Shown here: positions 55,816-64,000 of the stretch, piece after piece | Numbering within the stretch: the first letter of the stretch is position 1 | Layout: every line of letters starts with the position of its first letter | Origin: an uncultured Alphaproteobacteria bacterium | GTDB lineage: Bacteria > Pseudomonadota > Alphaproteobacteria > Rhizobiales > Beijerinckiaceae | Assembly (NCBI GenBank): GCA_963839185.1 | Contig: CAWIUD010000009.1 | Coordinates: forward strand, 16,617 to 80,616 | Direction of reading: 5' to 3' | DNA length: 64,000 bases | Notes under the pieces: model-generated | Database searches by the model: none | What the model was told of the DNA's origin: nothing | What the model saw: the letters and a program-made list of their open reading frames with translations, nothing else | Translations under genes and position numbers: made by a program

Positions 55816-55839
55816 ACTTGCGGATCGGACCGCCGGCCT

Positions 55840-56078
55840 TTGCTGGACGCCAAGGCGCGCTTCAGCGAGCTGTCCGGCGCGTTCGCAGCGAGGGGCCGCA
55901 GCACGTGACCGTGCACGGCCGCGACGAAGTGGTCGTTATCGCCGCCGAAGAGTTCCGCCGTCTGAAGGGCGATCTCACCGGCCAAGCGCTGATTGCCGCG
56001 ATGCAGGCTTCGCCGCATCGCGATATCGACATCGAATCGAAGCGCGCGCCGATGCCGGTGCGCGAGGTTGCCTTGTGA
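55840..56078 (+). pseudogene. Phd/YefM antitoxin, 5'-damaged
   Basis: [11 protein letters not shown] / VRRVRSEGPQHVTVHGRDEVVVIAAEEFRRL; no clean start. Confidence 0.8.
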
Positions 56079-56403
56079 CGGGTTGGCTCCTCGATACCAA
56101 CGTCCTGTCGGAGCTGCGCCGCCCCAAGCCGGAACGCAAAGTCCTCGCCTTCGTCGCGTCGCAGCCGCTCGACTTGCTCTACGTCAGCTTCGGCGACGCC
56201 TCGCCGAAATCAGATTCGGCATCGAACTTGTCGCCGACGCCAACCGCCGCGACGAGCTGAACGGCTGGCTCGCCCACAAGGTGCGGCCGATGTTCGAACA
56301 GCGCGTGCTCACGATCACTGAGGATATCATGTTCAAGTGGCGGCTCCTGGTCGAGGAGGGTCGCAAGGCCGGCCATACCTTTTCGCAGCCCGATCTGATC
56401 ATC
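56075..56403 (+). pseudogene. vapC: VapC PIN-domain toxin, truncated
   Basis: WLLDTNVLSELRRP, LAEIRFGI; ends at FSQPDLII without the AATA...TRD segment. Confidence 0.85.
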
Positions 56404-56496
56404 AAAAGCGGCAGTTCACTTTTCGGAACAGGATTGTACGATATGAAAGCGGCCACGATTTGAGCGGCCAATTCGACCGGATTCTAACTCCGCCAT
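56399..56496 (-). pseudogene. mucR: Ros/MucR regulator, N-terminal fragment
   Basis: VELAAQIVAAFISYNPVPKSELPLL matches the MucR N-terminal motif. Confidence 0.8.
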
Positions 56497-56917
56497 GCTC
56501 GAACTCTCCCGTATCTTTGCGCGGGATGCTTACGCCTGCCCTGTTGATTCGTCGATAGCTGTTTGCAAATAAATATCCCCCGCCGCTAAATTCGCGGTCG
56601 CTTTTATTGATGGGCCGTCACCTGCGATCTTTCCGGCCCCGGCGGCCTGAAGGATATAACGGCCGCTCCCGTGCGCGCTGGAACGCCCCTCGATACGCGT
56701 CGCCTGCGCCGCTTCCAGAACGAGTCGCTGGGGCGTTACATTTTTGTCCGCGCCAGCGCTAAGGCCTGGCTGAAAACTCGCAGGGGCTGCACTGCCGAAA
56801 ACTCGGCATGGGCTTGGGGTTGGCGCCACGTCCGCTTGGCATCGGCGCCATTCGACGCCGAGGCGGCGCCCCAATCCGGGACGCGGTGGGCTTCCCATCG
56901 GTAACGCGCCAGCAACC

Positions 56918-56932
56918 TTAAGCGCGGATAAA
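56918..56932. promoter_or_regulatory. Near-consensus CtrA site upstream of the cell wall hydrolase
   Basis: TTAA-GCGCGGA-TAAA, one mismatch; a further TTAA half-site lies near 56961. Confidence 0.4.
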
Positions 56933-57014
56933 GAAAAAGGTTCGCATTGCGCGGGTTTTGTTAAGAACCCCCGCGGGGACGCGAACGGGAAACCTTTGGC
57001 GCTCGGAAACGCGT

Positions 57015-58150
57015 ATGGGTCGGTCGCGTATCGGTTGGGCTCTATCGGTCGCCGCGCCCTGGTGCATGGCCTTCGCGGTCCTCTTGTCGATCACCGCCGA
57101 AGCCGAGCAGGAGCCCTATGCGGGCAGCGCCTTCGACCGCAACCGGATGACCGGCGTGAGCGGCCCGATTGATCGGGCGCCGCGGCTCCCGAGAGCGGTC
57201 GACGAAGACGGCCTTCCGCTGCCGATCGTTGAGGCGCGCCTTGTCGTGCCGGCGATCCCGACGCCGCGCCGGAGGAAATCGAACCGAACGGCGTCCTGAA
57301 AGCGCCGGCGCGCCCGTTCCCTGAGGTCGATCGCGCCGTCAAAGGCGATCCGTTCGTCGGCCTTCGCCCGGGGTTCGACGCGCGGCGGCTCAAAGCCGCC
57401 CCGAGCGAAGCCGACGCCGGTTCGCATGATCTCGAATTCGATCCCGGCCACACGACGAGCCCCCCGCAGCCCAGCGGCGGCCAATCGGCGCCGGGCTTCG
57501 TGGCCCTCAATCTCGACGACGGCGCGACGCCGGCTTTGCCGCTCGAATTCGCGCTCAATTCTTCATCGCCGGTCCCAAGCGACGGCGTGCTGGTCGTCGT
57601 CGAGGCCGACCCCGCCGGGCAGACGACGCTTCCGCAGCTGTCCGACGCCGGCGGCAAGCCCAACTACGCCGCGCTGGTCGATCGCAAAGACAGCGCCCGC
57701 CAGATGCGCTGCCTGGCGGAGGCGATCTATTTCGAGTCGCGCAGCGAACCGGAGGACGGCCAGGCCGCCGTGGCCCAGGTGGTGCTCAACCGGGTGCGGA
57801 GCGGCATCTATCCGACGACCGTCTGCGGCGTCGTCTATCAGGACCGGAACCGGCCGTTCGCCTGCCAGTTCTCGTTCGCCTGCGAAGGCAAGTCGCTGCG
57901 AATCGAAGAGCCGGGTCCGTGGGCGGTCGCGACGAGGGTCGCGCAGGAAGTCGTCTCGGGAGCGAACTACAATCCCAAGGTCGGCGACGCGGTCAACTAT
58001 CACGCCAATTATGTATCGCCGTTCTGGGTCGGCTATCTGCGCAAGGTCGACCGCATCGGCGCGCACATCTTCTACGCGATGCGCGAGGGCGTGAACTGGG
58101 CGCCCGGCGCGCTCAACGGCCAGGGCGATCGGCCGCCGGCCGGCGAATGA
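57015..58150 (+). CDS. SleB-like cell wall hydrolase; frameshifted N-terminal part
   Basis: CLAEAIYFESRSEPEDGQAAVAQVVLNRV, CQFSFAC, YHANYVSPFW, IGAHIFY. Confidence 0.92.
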
Positions 58151-59266
58151 TCACTTGAGCACGCTTTCCGCCGGCGTGTAGCGCAGCCCATGCGCCAATG
58201 CGACGGGTTCGCAGGTCACCTTGCCGTCGTGCACGTTGAGGCCGGCGCGCAGATGCGGGTCTTCCTTCAAGGCCTCGCGCCAACCCTTGTCGGCGAGGGC
58301 GAGCGCGAACGGCAGGGTTGCGTGGTTGAGGGCGAAGGTCGAGGTGCGCGCCACCGCGCCCGGCATGTTGGCGACGCAATAATGCACGATGCCGTCGACG
58401 ACATACGTCGGGTGCGAATGGGTCGTCGGCTTCGAAGTTTCGCAGCAGCCTCCCTGATCGATGGCGACGTCGACGATGACCGCGCCCGGCCGCATCGTTG
58501 AGAGCATCGCGCGAGTGATCAGCTTCGGCGCGGCCGCGCCCGGCAGCAGCACGGCGCCGATGACGAGGTCGGCGTGCCGCACCAGATCGGCGATCGAGGC
58601 GCGCGTCGAATAGACCGTGCGCAGCGCCGATCCGAACTGCGCCGAAAGCCGCCTGAGCGCCTCGTGCGAGCGGTCGACCACGGTGACGGAAGCGCCCATG
58701 CCGGCCGCGATCGTCGCCGCATGGGTTCCGGATACGCCGCCGCCCAGGACGAGCACATTCGCCGCCGCGACGCCAGGTACGCCGCCGAGCAGAACGCCCC
58801 GCCCGCCTTGCGCCTTTTCGAGAGCGTGCGCGCCGACCTGGGGCGCGAGGCGGCCGGCGACCTCCGACATCGGCGTCAGCAGCGGCAGGCCGCCATGCGG
58901 ACTGGTCACCGTTTCGTAGGCGATGCAGGTCGCCCTGGAGGCGATGAGGTCCCGGGTCTGCTCCAGGTCCGGCGCGAGATGCAGGTAGGTGAACAAGATC
59001 TGCCCGCGCCGCAACAGCTTGCGCTCCTCGGCGAGCGGCTCCTTCACTTTCACCACCATTTCAGCCCTGGCGAAAATGTCGGCCGCCTTGTCGACGATGC
59101 CGGCGCCGGCGTGAATATATTCCTCGTCGGGAGAGCCAGAGCCGACGCCCGCCGATTTCTCGACGATGACCTCATGCCCGTGATGGACGAGCTCAGCGAC
59201 TGCAGCCGGCGTCATGCCGACCCGGAATTCATTGTCCTTGATCTCTTTGGGAACGCCGACGAGCAT
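58151..59266 (-). CDS. ald: Alanine dehydrogenase
   Basis: [49 protein letters not shown]. Confidence 0.97.
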   Translation of the reverse strand: MLVGVPKEIKDNEFRVGMTPAAVAELVHHGHEVIVEKSAGVGSGSPDEEYIHAGAGIVDKAADIFARAEMVVKVKEPLAEERKLLRRGQILFTYLHLAPDLEQTRDLIASRATCIAYETVTSPHGGLPLLTPMSEVAGRLAPQVGAHALEKAQGGRGVLLGGVPGVAAANVLVLGGGVSGTHAATIAAGMGASVTVVDRSHEALRRLSAQFGSALRTVYSTRASIADLVRHADLVIGAVLLPGAAAPKLITRAMLSTMRPGAVIVDVAIDQGGCCETSKPTTHSHPTYVVDGIVHYCVANMPGAVARTSTFALNHATLPFALALADKGWREALKEDPHLRAGLNVHDGKVTCEPVALAHGLRYTPAESVLK

Positions 59267-59517
59267 CGCTGCCCTCCATCATCGCCTTTGGACGCAACGA
59301 TCGAAGCATATCCCAGGAAGCGGGGAAGCTGGACAGCAAATCGCTGCGAAACTGTGTCCGGCGAGCTATGCGCCTTTTGCCATATGGGCGGCCTCTGGTA
59401 TCAACGGGATTGCGGCTTGACGACCGAGGAATTCGCAATCGCCGCTTGGCGGGTCACGACGCGCCCTGTAACGATGCGCGCGATTTTGCATCGAACATGG
59501 AATTGGGAGAGGAACGC

Positions 59518-60385
59518 ATGGCTTCTTCGATCAACCGAATTCTGGCCGCGCTGTCGATTGCAGCGATCGCGGCTGCGACCGGACTCGGATCGGCGATGGC
59601 GGGAACGATCGACAAACTGCGGCAGGACAAGACAATCCGCATCGCCTATCGCGAGGACGCCCCACCGTTCTCGTTCAAGGACGCGAACGGCGACCCGGCG
59701 GGCTTCATGGTCGACCTCTGCCGGTCGGTCGCGAGCGAATCTGGCCACTCAGCTCGGGATCGGCGATCTCAAGACGGCCTATGTCCTGGTGACCGCGACC
59801 GACCGCTTCGATGCGATCGAAACCGGCAAGGCCGACCTGCTGTGCGAGCCGACTTCCGCCACGCTGTCGCGCCGCGAACAGGTCGACTTTTCCATCACCA
59901 CGTTCGTGGACGGCGCGAGCCTGCTGGTGAGCGGCGACGGTCCTGACGATTTCGGCGCGCTCGCCGGCAAGAAGGTGGGCGTGCTGGCCGGAACGACGAC
60001 CGAGCAAAGCCTGCGCGACACCCTCGCCAGCGCCAATATCGCCGCCGAAGTCGTGCCCGCCAAGACCCACGAGGAGGGGCTGGCGATGCTCGATCAAGGA
60101 ACGATCGCCGCCTATTTCGCCGATCGGGCGATCCTGGTCTTTCTCGCCTCGAAAAGCAGCGCCCCGGGCAAACTGCGTCTCGCCAACAACTATCTTTCGC
60201 TTGAGCCCTATGCGCTGGCGCTGCAGCACGGCGACGAGGACTTCCGGCTCGCGGTCGATCGGGCGTTGAGCCGGATCTATCGATCGGGCGAAATCGCCAA
60301 AGTGTTTGAGCATACGTTCGGCGAAAAAACTGAGCCCAGCGACACGCTCAAGACCCTGTTCATCATCTCGGCGTTGCCGGAATAG
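59518..60385 (+). CDS. Amino-acid ABC transporter substrate-binding protein (GltI-like, stand-alone); frameshift near 59735
   Basis: Signal peptide, IAYREDAPPFS, TLSRREQVDFS, GTTTE, YFADR, SLEPYAL. Confidence 0.88.
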
Positions 60386-60512
60386 CAAGTCTCGGCCTTG
60401 CTCAGCGGCGGACAGCCGCGCCGGCGGCGTGGTAAGATCGGTGCGACGCCGATACTCGCGGGCGAGCGCGCGTTCTCGTGCTCGCGCAGGTTTGGAGACA
60501 AGAGGAGCCGTC

Positions 60513-60762
60513 GTGACCGAGGTAAAGCCGGACGTCGCCCAAATGCCGTTCGAGGAGGCGCTCGCGGAGCTCGAGGAGGATTGTGGACAGACTCGAGAAG
60601 GGCGCGGTGGCCCTGGACGAGTCGATTACGCTCTACGAGAGAGGCGAAGCGCTGAAGAAGCGCTGTGACGAATTGCTCAAGAACGCGGAAATGCGAATCG
60701 AGAAGATCACCTTGTCCGCCGATGGCGCCCCGAAAGGCGTCGTCCCGCTGGACGAAAACTGA
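60513..60762 (+). CDS. xseB: Exodeoxyribonuclease VII small subunit; indel near 60578
   Basis: [12 protein letters not shown] / [43 protein letters not shown]. Confidence 0.93.
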
Positions 60763-60947
60763 AGCCCGGACGCCCGCGTCCGCCGCGGCGGAGCTATCCA
60801 AATTGCGACAAAGACCTGAATGACCCGCACATTCCCAAACGGTTTGTTAACCAATTTCCGCTCCACTTCTGAATATTCATTAACCCGGCTCCTGATGGCG
60901 ATCGAAAACCGGGCTGTGAGAGAAACGGAAAGGCCAGGGCGGCAGTC

Positions 60948-61605
60948 ATGCGGACCATTGCATTTGTGACTCAAAAGGGCGGTTCGGGAAAGAGCACGAT
61001 TGCGTCGTCGCTCGCGGTAGCCGCGCACGAAATGAAAGAGAAGGTTTGCGTCATCGACATGGATCCGCAGGGTTCGCTTGCCAATTGGGCGAAGACCCGC
61101 GGCGGCGTCGACATTGAAGTCGTCGCTTCGGGGGCGGCGCGCCTGCCGGCCGTTCTCGCCGGCGCTGAGTCGCAAAGGCTTCACGCTCGCGATCATCGAC
61201 ACGCCAGGCGCCGAAGGGGCGGCCTCGGCGGCGGCGATGCAGGTGGCGGATCTCAACATCATTCCCTCGCGGCCGAGCATGTTCGACTTGTGGGCCAGCG
61301 CCCGGACCCGCGAGGCGCTCAAGGAGATCGGCGGCGACTTCGTGTTCCTGCTCAATCAATGTCCGCCTGCCCAGCAAACCGCCCGCGTCAAGGACGGCGT
61401 CGAGACGCTCGAGGAGATGGGCGGACTGATTTCCCCGCTCATCCTGTCGCGGGTCGACTACCAGGAAGCCGCGCGCCACGGCTGGGGCGTCACGGAACTG
61501 AACCCATACGGGGCGGCGGCCGAGGAGATGCGCGGCCTTTGGACCTCGGTCAGGCGCCGTCTTGCGCGGGCGAAGGTCCGCGCGTCCGCACGGAAGGCGG
61601 CGTAA
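60948..61605 (+). CDS. Orphan ParA-family ATPase; frameshift near 61165
   Basis: TQKGGSGKST, IDMDPQGSL, IIDTPG, PSRPSMFD. Confidence 0.9.
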
Positions 61606-61719
61606 CCCGGAACGAGCCGATTTGGCTCCAGGCAAGGCGCGAGCGGTCCCCTCCCTACCCCTCGCGCGTCTCGGCAGGACGCTTCGCATCGAGCGCCCTG
61701 CCCTTTTTTTGACCGTGGG

Positions 61720-63113
61720 TCAGCCGCCCAGACGAGTCCGGATCGTCTCGCCGCCGCGCTGGATCGTCAGGTCCCACAGCCTGGAGCGCTCGGCGCAGAT
61801 TTTGTCGAGATCGCGAGTGGTCGCGATCTTCTGGCCGTTCACCGCGACAATCATGTCCCCTTTCTGCACGCCGACTTGCGCAGCGGTCGAACCGTTTCCG
61901 ACCGAGGCGACCACCACGCCCTCGGAAGCGCCCTCGAGCGACAGCTCCTCGGCGACCGCCGGCGACATGTTCATCACTTCGGCGCCTTCGAATGGCGAGC
62001 GGCTGCGAATGGTCAGCGTGTCGCGGGGCGGAATCTCCGGCGCCGCGGCGAGCTTGAGAGACAGGGTCGACGAGCGCCCATCGCGCAGGATCGACACGTT
62101 CGCGGCGCCGCCGAGCGGCTTGACGCCGAGGCGGAAACCGACGCTCTCGGCGTCGTCTACGCTCTGGCCGTCGATCGCCGTGATCACGTCGCCGCGTTTG
62201 AGGCCTGCGTCGACCGCCGGGCCTTTGGCGGCGACTGTCACCACCAGCGCGCCCGTCGGGCGATCGATCCCGAGATTGTCGGCGATGTCCTTGGTCAGGC
62301 TCTGGAGCGTAGCGCCGAGCCACGGGCGTCTGACTGTCGCGCCGCCCTGGAGCGCCGCGGCGACGACGCCCTTGACCATGTTGACGGGAATGGCGAAGCC
62401 GATGCCGATGCTCCCGCCGGTGCGCGAATAGATCGCCGAATTGATGCCGACGAGCTTGCCGTCGAGGTCGACCAGCGCGCCGCCGGAATTGCCAGGGTTG
62501 ATCGCCGCGTCGGTCTGGATGAAGAAGCCGTAATCGCTGATGCCGCTTTCGGTGCGCGCCAGCGCCGACACGATGCCCTGCGTCACGGTCTGACCGACGC
62601 CGAACGGATTGCCGATCGCGATGACGAAATCCCCGACTTCGAGCGCGTCCGAATCGCCCAGTTCAAGCACCGGGAAATTCTTGCCCCCTTTCAGCCGCAG
62701 CACCGCGAGATCGGTGCGGGGATCGCGCAGCACGATTTCGGCCTCGAACTCGCGTTTGTCGGAAAGGGCGACCTTCACCTCGGTCATGCCCTCGATCACG
62801 TGATAATTGGTGACGACAAGGCCCGAGGAATCGACGATGACGCCGGAGCCGAGCGCCTTGGCGACGCGCGAAGTCCTCGTCACCGCCCGACCCAAAGAAG
62901 CGGCGGAAGATCGGATCGTCGAATAGCGGATTGCGCGGCATCGTCTCGACGCGCGAAGCGTAGACATTGACGACCGCCGGCCGAACCTTCTTCACTACCG
63001 GGGCGAACGATAGGCGGACTTGGCCCGGACTCTCCGGAACTACCTTGGGGCCGTGTCCGCCAAGGCTGCGCCGCAAGCGAGCGCAAAATGAAGGCAAGCG
63101 CCAAGCGAATCAA
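61720..63113 (-). CDS. degQ: Do/DegQ-family serine endoprotease with two PDZ domains; frameshifted 5' part
   Basis: SFAPVVKKVRPAVVNV, LGSGVIV, VTNYHV, TDLAVL, QTDAAINPGNSGG. Confidence 0.9.
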
Positions 63114-63276
63114 ACCGCGCCTCCGACGAAAATTCACGGGGCCGCTGATATAGGCGGGGCTCGCCGAACTGCAAAGGACAGCGCCAAACGCCAGCGCGGA
63201 GCGCGGCCTGGCCAACTGGCGAGGTGGGAAACAATCGATCCTTAGGTCACATCTCAAGGCGGCAAAGGAGCATCTC

Positions 63277-64000
63277 ATGTCAGAAAAACCCGCCTCTTCT
63301 CCGCTGGAGGCCTTTTCGGCCGGGCTCGCCGATCTCGTCCGGACCTCTGGGCCAAGCCTCGTCTCCGTGCAGTCGGAGCGCGCGCGATCGAGCGGACTTC
63401 TCCTGGCGTCCGGGCCTCATCGTGGCGGCGGAGAGCGCGCTCGCCGACGACGCCGCGCTCTCGATCGTCGCCCATGACGGCGCCTCGAGCGCCGCCCGGA
63501 TCGTCGGCCGCGATCCCTCGACCGACGTCGCGCTCCTCAGCATCGAGCGGACACGATATGCCAGCGGCAGCCGCGGCGGCCCGAGCCCGCCAACGGGCGC
63601 ACTGGCGGTCGTCGTGGGCGCTCGCGACGGAAAACCGGTCGCTTCGCTCGGCGTCGTTTCCTTCGCCGGCCCGCAATGGCGAAGCATGCGCGGCGGCCTC
63701 ATCGACGCGCGCATCGAACTGGACGCGGGGCTTCGCCGGTCGAGCGAAGGCGGACTTGCGCTCGACGCATCGGGCGCCGCATTCGGGATGGCGGTTTTCG
63801 GTCCGCGGCGTCGCACGCTCGATCATCCCGATCGCGACAATCGACCGCGTCGCTGAACTCCTGCGGACGAAGGGGCGGATAGCGCGCGGCTATCTCGGTC
63901 TCGGCCTTCAGCCGGTCAAACTCGACGCTGGCGGGATCGGCGCGATGGCGACCAGCGTCAATTCAAAGGGACCCGGCGCGGCGGCGGGCGTCCGGCAGGG
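63277..64000 (+). CDS. S1C/HtrA-like trypsin-fold + PDZ protein, partial and frameshifted; catalytic residues appear substituted
   Basis: VGRDPSTDVALL, SEGGLALDASG, GRIARGYLGLGLQPV. Confidence 0.8.

Noticed and set aside
60948-61605. ParA as evidence of a plasmid or integrated replicon
   Set aside because: No parB, rep or iterons; flanked by chromosomal xseB and degQ.

Overview
GC-rich alphaproteobacterial chromosome segment; gene content and order suggest Hyphomicrobiales, possibly Roseiarcus/Beijerinckiaceae-like (inference). It is mostly housekeeping: purA, moeB, thiolase, amn, ffh-rpsP-rimM-trmD, guaA, cobS, bolA, cobU, thpR, ald, xseB, degQ and others. Small accessory inserts and two IS elements (IS481, IS630) are scattered through it. 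Many conserved genes are broken by single-base indels, a pattern typical of long-read or MAG consensus errors, so frameshifts are generally not treated as biology. I found no rRNA, tRNA, CRISPR array, prophage or unambiguous new multi-gene system. Best leads: (1) a stand-alone exported mini-cytochrome matching the Cyc2 heme domain with no porin; (2) an orphan Rieske petA inserted between rimM and trmD; (3) an AT-richer 7-blade beta-propeller gene in an insert bounded by a displaced, diverged 93-bp copy of the neighbouring aminotransferase 3' end; (4) a decayed Ivy-like (CxPHxC)/retropepsin fusion hidden across three ORFs; (5) a mucR gene whose middle is replaced by an inverted vapBC fragment. 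All family calls come from motifs recognised by eye; no database searches were run.
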